A DNA stretch of 64,000 nucleotides from IMG/VR virus record IMGVR_UViG_3300032030_000007, positions 160,001-224,000 of that record; one strand, given 5' to 3'. The notes under the pieces were generated by a model, which searched no databases, had not been told where the DNA came from, and saw nothing but the letters and a program-made list of their open reading frames with translations. The first letter of the stretch is position 1, and every line of letters begins with the position of its first letter. Shown piece after piece: positions 32,129-42,763 of the stretch. The stretch comes from a virus. Its lineage: Duplodnaviria > Caudoviricetes. A program made the position numbers and the translations under genes.

Positions 32129-32995
32129 CTATTCTTCATCTTCATCATATTCTTCAACTTCTTCCTTTTTAGGATCATATATTCTACAAGAAAAATACTG
32201 TTCTACAAGGTTCATTGACATTGACTTCAAATCTGTATATATGTCTTTTATTGTTTTTTCTTCTGCTCCACTTAAAGATTCATAAGCATCTTCTTCAGTA
32301 TCCCATTCACAATAGCAATAAGGAAGATCTTTCAATGGAAAATCTTCAACATCTGATATAATATATCCATCTCCATTACAACTACCATTAACAGTTTCAT
32401 ATGATATTAATACACCATCAAATGTATATTTTCCTTTATTGTTTTTATTAATCTTATCAATTTTAATTGCACATGATCCTGATTCATAGTTTTCCCAATA
32501 AAGAATCTTCCCAACAAATTTTTCAAAATTCTTAGTAGCTTTTTCAGAATCTATAACTTCTATAAGTTCTTTACAATCATTAATAATTTGATTAAGTCTA
32601 ACAAATGGATTATTTTCAAAATCAAGATGACCATTATTTGCAACATGATGATCAAATTCTCGTGTATAAGGTTTGTCTTTTTCTAATGGATCAAATATAT
32701 TTCCTCTTACATTAGTATACTTTACTTTATGCCATAAATCACGGCCATCACTTACTAATTCAATTATATTCTGAATAGCATATTTAACCTTAGGATCAAA
32801 TTCTTCATAAGGTGTATGGCCTCTATGTTCCTTCTTAAAATTATTTTCTATAATATTGCAATATGATATTATATTATTACAAGTCTGTTTAGTATTCTTA
32901 ACCAATTCGCTATCAGTTACAGGATCTTCCCAATAAGGATTAAATTGAAATACCCAGCATTGTATATTATCAATAAGCTCTTCCTTTGTCTTCAT
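32129..32995 (-). CDS. Hypothetical protein
   Basis: 288-aa ORF. Confidence 0.8.
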   Translation of the reverse strand: MKTKEELIDNIQCWVFQFNPYWEDPVTDSELVKNTKQTCNNIISYCNIIENNFKKEHRGHTPYEEFDPKVKYAIQNIIELVSDGRDLWHKVKYTNVRGNIFDPLEKDKPYTREFDHHVANNGHLDFENNPFVRLNQIINDCKELIEVIDSEKATKNFEKFVGKILYWENYESGSCAIKIDKINKNNKGKYTFDGVLISYETVNGSCNGDGYIISDVEDFPLKDLPYCYCEWDTEEDAYESLSGAEEKTIKDIYTDLKSMSMNLVEQYFSCRIYDPKKEEVEEYDEDEE

Positions 32996-32997
32996 AA

Positions 32998-33480
32998 TTA
33001 TTTGACTTTATTTTTTATATCTTCATACATAACATAATTTACTTGACCACAACTTATTGGCATAGAAACATACCACCCATCTCCATAAAAGTATTTATGT
33101 ATTTTATCTAATAAGTTATTTTCTTCTTCTGTATAATCTTTAATCCAAGGACCACATATATCATTTCCTTTTGTTACGTCACACCATTCATTATATCCGA
33201 CTTGTGCCTTTTGAATTATATTATTCCATAATATCTTTTCATCATTAGTTAACTTATATTTTAACTTTGTCTTTAACCAAAATTTAATTCTGTTCCAACT
33301 AAAGAAAAGATAAAACATTGCAATAACATCTATAGTAATTAATACTACACTTCCTATTACAAATATATTTTCATTTTTAGTTATTCCTGTAGCTACTAAT
33401 ATTCCAATAAATCCAAAAAATGATATTGGAAACAATAGATCATAAATTATATTATATATTTTTGCTTCACATGCATTCAT
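32998..33480 (-). CDS. Membrane protein (2 TM)
   Basis: Two N-terminal hydrophobic segments. Confidence 0.75.
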   Translation of the reverse strand: MNACEAKIYNIIYDLLFPISFFGFIGILVATGITKNENIFVIGSVVLITIDVIAMFYLFFSWNRIKFWLKTKLKYKLTNDEKILWNNIIQKAQVGYNEWCDVTKGNDICGPWIKDYTEEENNLLDKIHKYFYGDGWYVSMPISCGQVNYVMYEDIKNKVK

Positions 33481-33488
33481 AATTTATA

Positions 33489-33662
33489 TTACCAATTATT
33501 TTTCCTTTTGATTAATTCCCAGATTTTATCATAATTTTCTTGTTCTTTAATTTTCTTTAAAGCTTCAGTAAAATCAACTTTCCAGCCATTTCCACCACTA
33601 CGTAAAAATTCAGTTCTTTTTATTTTATTCCAAGTTTCAATATCAAATCCATAATTTGGCAT
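33489..33662 (-). CDS. Small hypothetical protein (57 aa, not in the ORF track)
   Basis: MPNYGFDIETWNKIKRTEFLRSGGNGWKVDF...; fills the operon gap exactly. Confidence 0.7.
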   Translation of the reverse strand: MPNYGFDIETWNKIKRTEFLRSGGNGWKVDFTEALKKIKEQENYDKIWELIKRKNNW

Positions 33663-33664
33663 AA

Positions 33665-34174
33665 TTATTGCATATTTATTTCTAAATTATTCCATCCAAA
33701 TAATTCTAATATATATTTTTTCATAAAATACATATTCTGATGAACATAACCAACGTTATCAATCGTTAGATAGTCTTTATCGTATCCTTCTTTTATATGA
33801 ATCTTTTCTTCTATTGATTCATTTCCAAAAATAATTTCATATATAATTAATGGACGTATATCTTTATCAAAATCAATAACAAAACGTTGTAATGCTTGTT
33901 GTGTTTCAATTTTAATAAGTTTCAAATTTGCGACAGAAGCTAATTCATATTCATGAGAATTATAAACATTATTAATAATTTCATAACAATCTTTTATAAA
34001 TAATTGATGAATAAATTCTATATGATCTTTAATCTTATCATATGCGTTATCAATATCTACACGATTTAATTCATGATTTGCACGTTTCTTAATTAATTCA
34101 TTTGTATCATTATGTAAATCATCAATTAATGATTGTAGTTCATTATGCATTATTAAATAATCTCTGTTTTCCAT
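33665..34174 (-). CDS. Hypothetical protein
   Basis: 169-aa ORF. Confidence 0.75.
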   Translation of the reverse strand: MENRDYLIMHNELQSLIDDLHNDTNELIKKRANHELNRVDIDNAYDKIKDHIEFIHQLFIKDCYEIINNVYNSHEYELASVANLKLIKIETQQALQRFVIDFDKDIRPLIIYEIIFGNESIEEKIHIKEGYDKDYLTIDNVGYVHQNMYFMKKYILELFGWNNLEINMQ

Positions 34175-34313
34175 ATAATTCTTCTCTTATTATTTTTCTC
34201 CAATTACAATATGCAGGACATGAAAGACAACATGGAAATAATCTACATGCTTTAGGAAGACGTGAATCATATATATAATTATCCTTCAGCCACTTCTTTA
34301 TTTTTTGTATCAT
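34143..34313 (-). CDS. Small Cys-rich protein (56 aa, not in the ORF track)
   Basis: MIQKIKKWLKDNYIYDSRLPKACRLFPCCLSCPAYCNWRKIIREELYGKQRLFNNA; spans the operon gap. Confidence 0.5.
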   Translation of the reverse strand: MIQKIKKWLKDNYIYDSRLPKACRLFPCCLSCPAYCNWRKIIREELYGKQRLFNNA

Positions 34314-35094
34314 ATTCTTTCTGTAATTCTTTTAATCTTGCTTCATGTTCAGCTTTCTTAGCAGCAACTTGGTCTTTCCATTTCTTATCCCATTTTTCTT
34401 TCCAATCAGGTCCGTCTTCCTCTTCCATTATTTCTTCAAAATCATCCCCATAATAATCCTGCTCCCAGAAAAGCAATGGGTTTCTTTCTTCTATTTCAAT
34501 ATCAACATCATAATGATCTTTCCACCATTTCTTAACAATATCTTTACTTCCTGAAGGTGAGCATCTCATGCATACAGTATTTCTAAATTTTTGTTCATCT
34601 GAATTAAAACAATAGAAATTCTTACATGTTGATATAAGTTCCATTACTTTATCTGTTACTTTTTGTGCAACAGCTTTAGCAATTTCTCCATTACCATCAT
34701 ATTCATCCTCAATTATATTTTCAATATGTTCTTTTAAAGGTGGTACTTCTTCATAAGAACGATATCCTGGGTGATGGCCATGTTCATCTTCCCAATCTTT
34801 AATATATTTATCTTTATGACCACCTTTATTTAAATATTCTTCAACAACCTCTACATTTTCTTTCCATTCAGATTCAATACGATAAGCTTTCATATACTTA
34901 TCAAGAATATACTTAAATTCTTCAGAAGATAAATAATGACGGTCATATATTGGGCCATCTTTCTTTTCATCAATTTTACCTGCCTTTACTTCAGCAATTA
35001 TATTGTCCCAATCTGCAGATGGCTGTGCTTTTGCAAACATTTCACGAATACAATCTTCGTATGCTTTGCACAATACTTCTTCTCTATCTAACAT
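34279..35094 (-). CDS. Hypothetical protein
   Basis: ATG 35094 preferred over TTG 35106. Confidence 0.8.
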   Translation of the reverse strand: MLDREEVLCKAYEDCIREMFAKAQPSADWDNIIAEVKAGKIDEKKDGPIYDRHYLSSEEFKYILDKYMKAYRIESEWKENVEVVEEYLNKGGHKDKYIKDWEDEHGHHPGYRSYEEVPPLKEHIENIIEDEYDGNGEIAKAVAQKVTDKVMELISTCKNFYCFNSDEQKFRNTVCMRCSPSGSKDIVKKWWKDHYDVDIEIEERNPLLFWEQDYYGDDFEEIMEEEDGPDWKEKWDKKWKDQVAAKKAEHEARLKELQKEYDTKNKEVAEG

Positions 35095-35098
35095 AATA

Positions 35099-35398
35099 TT
35101 AAGCAATATGTATATTTAATGTGCTATCTTTAAAGAATTTAATCTTACGATATTTTGTTGCATACTTATAATCAATATAAGTATATTCAACACCATTAAC
35201 AATTAAATATTCTGGAGTACCTTCAGAATTTGCATATTCATAATTTCCATTAAAGATATCTTTCCATGATGTATTCTTTGTTACATTTGTTGTAACCATT
35301 ACAGGATATCCATTAGATGTATCAATCTTAAATGTATTCTTTGGATTTAGACATGTGAACAATTTATGTTCATGATTAAATAAATAATCTGTTTTCAT
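35099..35398 (-). CDS. Hypothetical protein
   Basis: 99-aa ORF in operon. Confidence 0.7.
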   Translation of the reverse strand: MKTDYLFNHEHKLFTCLNPKNTFKIDTSNGYPVMVTTNVTKNTSWKDIFNGNYEYANSEGTPEYLIVNGVEYTYIDYKYATKYRKIKFFKDSTLNIHIA

Positions 35399-35401
35399 AA
35401 T

Positions 35402-35992
35402 TTATACAAGTTTAGTCTTTACGCAATTAGCAACCATACCGCCATTAACTCTTTCAAATGCAGCTTTTACTTCATTAATGACTTTACCCATAAATTTCTT
35501 TTCAATACCAGTTGGATAATATTCATTCAAATATTCCATTACATCTGCTTCAGTTGCTTCATTAGGCAAGAACTCACTAAGCACATCATATTCAAACTGT
35601 TCCTTTTCAACTAATTCAGGACGTCCTGCATTTCCATATGCTTTAATATTCTTTTCACGAACTCTTACCATTTCTGTAATGATAGTCTGTTGAATATTCT
35701 CAGGAAGTAATTCAATACGTTCATTCATATCAATATCAAATACAGTAACTTCAACTTCCTTACCATTTTTATCTGTAACTTTGTCTATATGTGATGGATA
35801 TAAAGGTTTATTATCTGAATTTTTAAAACCTAAAATCTTATTAAAGTTTTCAGTATTTGTTAAGAACTCCATAAATGCAGTCTTAATAAACTTCATTACT
35901 CCCAATCTCTTCTTAAGAAGATTCTTTGTATTCTCATCGTTCGTATCCTTAATAGATACCATTACGTTTTTAATTTCCTTGTTAATATTCAT
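35402..35992 (-). CDS. GatB/Yqey domain protein
   Basis: AGRPELVEKE..E..VL.EFLP...K.MGKVI...V. Confidence 0.85.
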   Translation of the reverse strand: MNINKEIKNVMVSIKDTNDENTKNLLKKRLGVMKFIKTAFMEFLTNTENFNKILGFKNSDNKPLYPSHIDKVTDKNGKEVEVTVFDIDMNERIELLPENIQQTIITEMVRVREKNIKAYGNAGRPELVEKEQFEYDVLSEFLPNEATEADVMEYLNEYYPTGIEKKFMGKVINEVKAAFERVNGGMVANCVKTKLV

Positions 35993-36004
35993 AAATCTAT
36001 AAAT

Positions 36005-36745
36005 TTACTTTATATATTGTTTAATAAATTCCTTTGTTGAATTAATAAAATTACATTTATCTGATACTGCCCAATTAAGATATCCTTGATCATATTTTGC
36101 AATATACTCAAGTGATACTCCACGATATTTTCCAATAGTCATACATGGTTTGATTTCTCCATTAAAATCCATTTCCTTGATTACTCCGTCTTCACCAAAC
36201 ATTTTTTCTGGCCCATATTCTTGTTCAGCTTGTTGAGCATAATATACTGCATACGTTGCTTTAATATCTGAAAACGCATCATGAGCATTTAATCCTGCTT
36301 CCTCCATAGTCTTACCCTTATATCTCTTATAAGTATTTTCAAGAGTAATTCCATTACGACGTTTTTCTTCAAGGAATGCATCATAACAGTCACGATTTGC
36401 AAAATCTATATCATACCCATACTTATTTAATTCTGACTTTAAAAATGGAATATCAAATCCATTTCCATTATATGTAAGGATACTATTATCACCAATAAAA
36501 TCAATTATCTGTTGTGCAACATCAGCAAGCGTTGGTTTATCTTTTAAGAATTCTGGAGTAATGTGGTGCTTAAAATATGCAGCAATATCAATATGCCATG
36601 TATCTCCAGTTGGGCAGATATAAAGATTTAATTCATCTTCAATTTTATTTGTTTCAGTATCAATCTTTAATCCTGCAAACTGAATAATTTGATCTTTTGT
36701 TCTATCAAGACCTGTTGTTTCTAAATCAAATACTACTAATTTCAT
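36005..36745 (-). CDS. DEDDh 3'-5' exonuclease (DnaQ/ExoX-like)
   Basis: FDLETTG, YNGNGFD, AHDAFSD; C-terminal GKYRG...YL.W domain. Confidence 0.92.
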   Translation of the reverse strand: MKLVVFDLETTGLDRTKDQIIQFAGLKIDTETNKIEDELNLYICPTGDTWHIDIAAYFKHHITPEFLKDKPTLADVAQQIIDFIGDNSILTYNGNGFDIPFLKSELNKYGYDIDFANRDCYDAFLEEKRRNGITLENTYKRYKGKTMEEAGLNAHDAFSDIKATYAVYYAQQAEQEYGPEKMFGEDGVIKEMDFNGEIKPCMTIGKYRGVSLEYIAKYDQGYLNWAVSDKCNFINSTKEFIKQYIK

Positions 36746-36749
36746 AATA

Positions 36750-37205
36750 TTATTGTTTTTTTGCGTCTAAACAATACCAATCTATGGCATCACAAACTTG
36801 TTTCTTTAATTCTTCTTGTGTATATGTTTTTCCAAATCTTCTATTAAACACTTCCTTTAATGTTTCTACAACTTGATAATTATCCCATCCTTTTGGTTCT
36901 TGACCCCAGCATGGTACATATTCAATTGATTCTTCATATTGAGGAAAATCATATCCACGATCTTCAAGATATTGATATAAATCGCCTTCATTAAATTCGT
37001 CTAATATATCGTTATCCCAAATGTGATGATCATCTAAATCAATTTCAATCTTTTGATCTAATTCTGTTTTATCATCTATTTCATACTTTGCACATATACG
37101 TTTACTTTTTTCTTTATTTAATATGTAAGTATCGAAAAGATAGCAAAATATGTTTTTAGCACCTATAGCATCAAGAAGTTCTCTTGTATAAAGATTCAAA
37201 TACAT
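36750..37205 (-). CDS. Hypothetical protein
   Basis: 151-aa ORF. Confidence 0.75.
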   Translation of the reverse strand: MYLNLYTRELLDAIGAKNIFCYLFDTYILNKEKSKRICAKYEIDDKTELDQKIEIDLDDHHIWDNDILDEFNEGDLYQYLEDRGYDFPQYEESIEYVPCWGQEPKGWDNYQVVETLKEVFNRRFGKTYTQEELKKQVCDAIDWYCLDAKKQ

Positions 37206-37295
37206 ATAGCTTATTAAAGATTAAAAGTATAATACTTATTAATATCTTTCAATACTAATAAATACTATACTTTATGTTTTTCTTAGTATTAATTA

Positions 37296-37775
37296 TTATT
37301 CGTCAGTTTCATCAGGTGTATATCCTGTAAGAAAATCAACATGCTCGTTACATTTCTGAATGGCCGATACACAATTCTCTGCTCTAAGATCAAACTCATT
37401 AGCAATCTTTAGTAACTCATCCTGAATTACGTCATAAATATATGCAGCTGTATCAAATGCTCCAGACTGAGCACGTGTCAAAGCAATCTTCTTACCAAGA
37501 TCTGCATCAAAAGTATCCTCAGGAGCACAATCAGCAAAAGCAACAATCTGTGTAGTTACATAAGGATTAATATCTCCAGACTCATCCTCAATCCAATCAA
37601 TCTTAAACTCCTTAGTTAAAAGTTTATTAATACGTTCGTTATGTATAAGCATTTCTGCGAACGGCATTCTAGTTAAATTCAAACCAAAAATCAAATGACA
37701 AGCTACTACATTCTTCTTAGGATTAACGTTATAATTCACATTCAAATAACGTACACCAGTCTTTTTTCTATTCAT
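37296..37775 (-). CDS. Phage protein with an A.CAPEDTFD..LGKKIA..RA motif
   Basis: 159-aa ORF behind two promoter-like motifs. Confidence 0.8.
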   Translation of the reverse strand: MNRKKTGVRYLNVNYNVNPKKNVVACHLIFGLNLTRMPFAEMLIHNERINKLLTKEFKIDWIEDESGDINPYVTTQIVAFADCAPEDTFDADLGKKIALTRAQSGAFDTAAYIYDVIQDELLKIANEFDLRAENCVSAIQKCNEHVDFLTGYTPDETDE

Positions 37776-37984
37776 ATAAATTTATTTTTAAAAGTTATTA
37801 AATTATTAATTGTTATATTTATATATAGTCAAATATATGGTTTTTATTCAATTTAAATATAATGTTAACAAATTAAAAAAATGTAAATTATATAATAAAA
37901 ATATAGAAACATATTAAATTTATTCAACATATATTTAGACTTTAATTTATTTTTATATAAAATAGTAAAATCATTAATCATATA

Positions 37985-39259
37985 ATGAAACGTAAAACAA
38001 ATTTATTTTATACAGACGGACCTGATAGTAAGTTCTTAACATTTAGTAATTATGCTGAATCAATAACTGGAAATTTTTTAAGTGTCGATACTAAAGTGTT
38101 TCCTTCAAGATTCTTATGTATGTCTATTAATAATTTGAATGCTTCATCTAAAAAGAAATTTATACAATTTCTTGTATCTTATTATGAAAACAAATTAGCA
38201 ATTTTAAGAGACAATACTGAAAATATAGAAGATCATATATGTCCATTTGCTTACTTAATTGAAGCATTATCAAAAGTTATTTTTAAAGATGAAACTACTG
38301 GAGAAAATTTCATTAGAATAAATGATATAACAAATGAATTAGAATTTAATGAAACTCCTAATATAGGGGATTTAAACTTTTTAGTAAGTGAAATAACTGA
38401 ACAGGATTACAATGGAATATATACAGATATTATATGCACAATTGATTTAGATACTGTTAAGAAGTGCGTTATTAATTTAAATGAAGAAGAAAATAATACT
38501 ATAGAATCTATTATTGATGATTCTGATTCTATTTATGGATGGGAAAATATTAATCAAATTCCTGGATATGAAAGTATTATGCCAATATATGATAATGATA
38601 ATGATAAAGCATATTTTGTAAATAGTAATATTAAATCAATGGAAATATTTGATTTAGATGATTCTGTTGAAAGTATAAAATTAAATGTTATGATTCCTTT
38701 ATATGAAATAACAGATATCAATTATAAATCAAATAATACAATATTAGGTTATGATGAATATAATGAAGAAAATAAATCATATATTGTAAATGTAAATAAC
38801 GATAATAAATATCGTCATAATGTTCCATTGGGAATATGGCTTAACGCAGATAAAGACAATGATACATTTATTGAAATTGATAAAGATGCTATAACTGGAA
38901 TGTCACCAGTTTGGTCATTATTAATAAGTTCACAATTTAAGCCATTCCCTTATTCTACAAAATATGAAATAGAAGGATATAAATCAGAAAAAGGAGCTGC
39001 ATTTGCAACATTCTCTCAAGTATTATTAAGACTTAATAAAGTTATGGATAATTTTGAAAAAACAAATATTCGTATAACAAATCTTGAGAATCGTTTAGAA
39101 GAACTTCAAACGTTTATAAATAACATAAGTACTGTAAAGTCAATCGATAATTTAACAAGTAGAATGAACTCATTATCAAATGATATACATACTGAAGTAA
39201 ATGAATTTAAGGAAGAAGTCAAAGGCTTAATCGAAAATATAAAATGGAAATATCAATAA
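37985..39259 (+). CDS. Putative virion structural protein
   Basis: First gene of the 15-kb + strand tail/baseplate block; C-terminal coiled coil. Confidence 0.65.
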   Translation: MKRKTNLFYTDGPDSKFLTFSNYAESITGNFLSVDTKVFPSRFLCMSINNLNASSKKKFIQFLVSYYENKLAILRDNTENIEDHICPFAYLIEALSKVIFKDETTGENFIRINDITNELEFNETPNIGDLNFLVSEITEQDYNGIYTDIICTIDLDTVKKCVINLNEEENNTIESIIDDSDSIYGWENINQIPGYESIMPIYDNDNDKAYFVNSNIKSMEIFDLDDSVESIKLNVMIPLYEITDINYKSNNTILGYDEYNEENKSYIVNVNNDNKYRHNVPLGIWLNADKDNDTFIEIDKDAITGMSPVWSLLISSQFKPFPYSTKYEIEGYKSEKGAAFATFSQVLLRLNKVMDNFEKTNIRITNLENRLEELQTFINNISTVKSIDNLTSRMNSLSNDIHTEVNEFKEEVKGLIENIKWKYQ

Positions 39260-39273
39260 ATTAGATTACTTTT

Positions 39274-42200
39274 ATGAATGAAATATCAAACACATCAAAT
39301 ACATTAAAAGAATATTACATTAATATTGAGAAGATGATGAATAATGCAGTAAGCATGATTAATGCGATTAATCAAGCTTTATCAACATCATCTTCTGAAA
39401 TTACAGTAAGCATCGTTAATGGAGATGATACTACTTCTGTAGTTAGAATTCCATCATTTATATATTTGGAAAACAAACTTGAACAATTAGATAATATCAT
39501 ATCTAATTTATTTGAAATTCCAAAATCTGGTGAAGCATGGTTTCATAAGTCATCAGATATGTATAAGTTATCTTTAGTAAAATCTAATAATTCTCCTGTA
39601 ACTCCTTCTGTATCTAATATTGATAATTTAGGATTTAATATTAAGGACAATAATATATTTAAAGATTTAGTTAATCCTAAGACATATGTTCGTCTCAATC
39701 TTTCAAATATATCTGATAATATAAATCAGATGTATATGAAAAAGATTGTAATAAATAGTGAAAGTGATGCGGAATATCTTAAGACGTTTACAACATATAC
39801 AGATGTTAAGAATGCATTATTTAATCGTATTAAAGGAACTGATTATGATGAATACGATAGTATTTTAAATTTACCTTTGAAAGAAGATAAATTCTATGGG
39901 CATTTTATTATAGAAGAATTACCTAATGAATCAGAAAATCCATATTACTCAGATATTGATAATTCATTAGGTGCATTAAGATATACAGTACGTTTAAACA
40001 CAATACAATATTATGATAAAGAAGATTCATCAATATCATATATATTAAAGAAAGGTGATTATTTATGCTTGCCTAACACATATGTAGTATATAAAGTTAT
40101 TGATGTTCAGACAATTGAAAATTCTTCAAATATTAATGATTTAAACGATCATATTGTTATATTAGAAGAATCAATTGGTCATGTTGCTTTACAGACATAT
40201 GAACAGAATTCAGAAATGGTATTTGAACTTTATACAAATTCATACGATAAATACCATTATGTTGATATTCCATTAGAAGAAAATCAAAATATTATCATAT
40301 TCATTGGCTCAATATATAATAATGTAAAAAGTGATTTATCAAATGCTATTCATTTAAATCTTAATAACATTTATATGAAAGATGCAAATGGTAATCTTAT
40401 ATATGATGAATCTGGCAATAAGATAACATACATACAATATTATAAGAAGTATTGTAAGAATATTGGTGATATGATGATTGGTTTTACTGAATTATCATAT
40501 CCTCAGACATCAAATTATACCTCAGAAGAATTAAGAAAACTTACTGACAGTGAAGAGATGCGTTCACAGGTTACAAATTCTATGTATATTGAAGATGATC
40601 CTGTGGTTAAAGTCACACGTATCAATAAGCACTTGATTGATGATGATACGTCTGAAAACATTATTAAATTGCATGAGCAAAAAAATGAAATTAACGCACA
40701 ATTAAGAGCTATACAAGATAATGTTGACCAGGTTTATACGCAATTGACTACAACAGATTTCTCACAAGAATCAGTTGTATCTCAAGAATCATTAAGAGAA
40801 AAACTTAATATTTATTATAATGAAAGAGTAACATTAGAAAATCAATTATTGAATATAATTGATAACATTAATCAAATTAAGAATGATGCACAAGGACTAG
40901 AAAAAGCAAAATATAGAGTAAGAGGCGTAACTGATGCAAGTGACAAATATGATTCAGCAACAGAATCTCCTATTGTAAGTTATATTCATCAGAATTTTGG
41001 ATATGAATGCAATTTTATTGGATTAGATGTTGAATATAAATATAAGTCAATATCAAAAGATACTACATCTATTCAAAGTGCATCAGATATTATATTTAGT
41101 GATTGGAATAAATGCAATAATATTGAAAGAGAAAGATATCTTAAATTTAATCAAACTAATAATAGTTACGAAATTGTATTCTCAAATTATAATACAGTAT
41201 CAAATGTTATCAAATGGAATCAGATAGATATTCCAATTAACCAAGGTGAAGACGTTGTAATTCGTATAAGATATAAACTTAATATTGGTCAACCATTTAT
41301 TAATCTTTATACACCATGGTCTTCTGAGATAACAGTTCAGTTCCCAGTTGAATATACTGAAACAAATGAAATAACATCAATATTAGATACAAATAATGAA
41401 GATGTAAATAATTCTAAATTCCTTAGAACATTAATAAAAGATGGTTATAGTGATCATGTAAATAATAAGATCATTGATAATTCGCAAGTATTCTATCATA
41501 TGCCTGAAAACATTTACTCAGGATTTAATACTTCTGAAAATAGAATGATATCTTTAAAGGATAAGCTTATAGCAATGAACAAAGATTTGACAGAATATAA
41601 AACTGCTATAAATAATGAATTAGGAATGAAATACGCAGTATATGTTGAATGGGATAATAGTTCTCTTGAAATGTCAAATCTTACAACAAATAACATCGTT
41701 ATAAATGAATTGGTAAACGGTACAACAGATACATTCATTAAGAAAAAGATCAATCTTATCATTAAGAATACTGGTGAGGTACCTATTAAGTTGTATAGTA
41801 TATTCCCAGGAAATATTGATACGCCTTTGATAGAATCTGATAATACCTATTATAATAAGTTAATAGGCACTTATGAAAGAGTACCTATGCTTAAAGAAGG
41901 TTCATCTATTCCATCAGAATGCATTATGCCACAATATCTTGGCCAATGGATTTATTTCAGACAGACAAATCCATATACACAAGAATCATTATACTTAGAT
42001 AATTTAACTCAACGTCAAGAAGATATGAGTCAAATTTATCAAGGTAAGAAACCTTCATTCATTGGAATATTGCAAAACTATATTAATGTAGATAATAAAC
42101 AAGCATTATTAAGTTTCAGACAACGTGAAGAAGAAAAGATGTTATTATCAAATCCTATGGGATTCTTAGATTTTAGCACATCAAATAGTGATCCTATATA

Positions 42201-42741
42201 TTCTAAATCAATATTAACAGACTCAGAAACATATGATTATAATACAGTAAATAACTTCTATATTTATAATAATGCAGATATGTCTGATAATGAATACATA
42301 TTAAAATATGAAAACTTATCATATACTCCACAAGGTGAATCTCTTGTTTATATGAATGATAAGACTTCGTTGAGTACATTCTGTGATAATCAATCATTGA
42401 ATAAAAAGGAAATACGTTATTATAATGGAGCATTTTTTATTCCTGAATTATTAGATAAGACACAAGTATTATGCAATACTAAAGAGAAGAATCAATATAT
42501 GCTATTAGATGTTGGCAAGAGCGTTTCAGTTCCTTTATTATTTGAATATTTCTTATCATCATCAGAAACGTCTTCAAAATCAGAAATAACAAAAACTATT
42601 GCTTTTGATTTAAAGACATCATTAATAAGAGACATTGAACATTATATGATTAGTATTACTGCTAAATACGATTATACACAATCTAACTCTTCTATAAAGG
42701 GAATGGGATTACAATTAAATGATGAATTGACTGAAGCATAA
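39274..42741 (+). CDS. Large putative baseplate/tail protein
   Basis: 1155 aa, beta-rich with a central coiled coil; structural gene context. Confidence 0.65.
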   Translation: MNEISNTSNTLKEYYINIEKMMNNAVSMINAINQALSTSSSEITVSIVNGDDTTSVVRIPSFIYLENKLEQLDNIISNLFEIPKSGEAWFHKSSDMYKLSLVKSNNSPVTPSVSNIDNLGFNIKDNNIFKDLVNPKTYVRLNLSNISDNINQMYMKKIVINSESDAEYLKTFTTYTDVKNALFNRIKGTDYDEYDSILNLPLKEDKFYGHFIIEELPNESENPYYSDIDNSLGALRYTVRLNTIQYYDKEDSSISYILKKGDYLCLPNTYVVYKVIDVQTIENSSNINDLNDHIVILEESIGHVALQTYEQNSEMVFELYTNSYDKYHYVDIPLEENQNIIIFIGSIYNNVKSDLSNAIHLNLNNIYMKDANGNLIYDESGNKITYIQYYKKYCKNIGDMMIGFTELSYPQTSNYTSEELRKLTDSEEMRSQVTNSMYIEDDPVVKVTRINKHLIDDDTSENIIKLHEQKNEINAQLRAIQDNVDQVYTQLTTTDFSQESVVSQESLREKLNIYYNERVTLENQLLNIIDNINQIKNDAQGLEKAKYRVRGVTDASDKYDSATESPIVSYIHQNFGYECNFIGLDVEYKYKSISKDTTSIQSASDIIFSDWNKCNNIERERYLKFNQTNNSYEIVFSNYNTVSNVIKWNQIDIPINQGEDVVIRIRYKLNIGQPFINLYTPWSSEITVQFPVEYTETNEITSILDTNNEDVNNSKFLRTLIKDGYSDHVNNKIIDNSQVFYHMPENIYSGFNTSENRMISLKDKLIAMNKDLTEYKTAINNELGMKYAVYVEWDNSSLEMSNLTTNNIVINELVNGTTDTFIKKKINLIIKNTGEVPIKLYSIFPGNIDTPLIESDNTYYNKLIGTYERVPMLKEGSSIPSECIMPQYLGQWIYFRQTNPYTQESLYLDNLTQRQEDMSQIYQGKKPSFIGILQNYINVDNKQALLSFRQREEEKMLLSNPMGFLDFSTSNSDPIYSKSILTDSETYDYNTVNNFYIYNNADMSDNEYILKYENLSYTPQGESLVYMNDKTSLSTFCDNQSLNKKEIRYYNGAFFIPELLDKTQVLCNTKEKNQYMLLDVGKSVSVPLLFEYFLSSSETSSKSEITKTIAFDLKTSLIRDIEHYMISITAKYDYTQSNSSIKGMGLQLNDELTEA

Positions 42742-42763
42742 AATTAAATAAAATTGAATCAAA

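Noticed and set aside
30261-36745. Host chromosomal segment (S1, Yqey, DnaQ-like genes)
   Set aside because: The genes are divergent, interleaved with phage hypotheticals, and share the phage composition and promoter motifs; no ribosomal operon context
37215-37291. Two AT-rich imperfect hairpins in the intergenic gap
   Set aside because: Almost entirely A/T pairs, expected by chance at this composition
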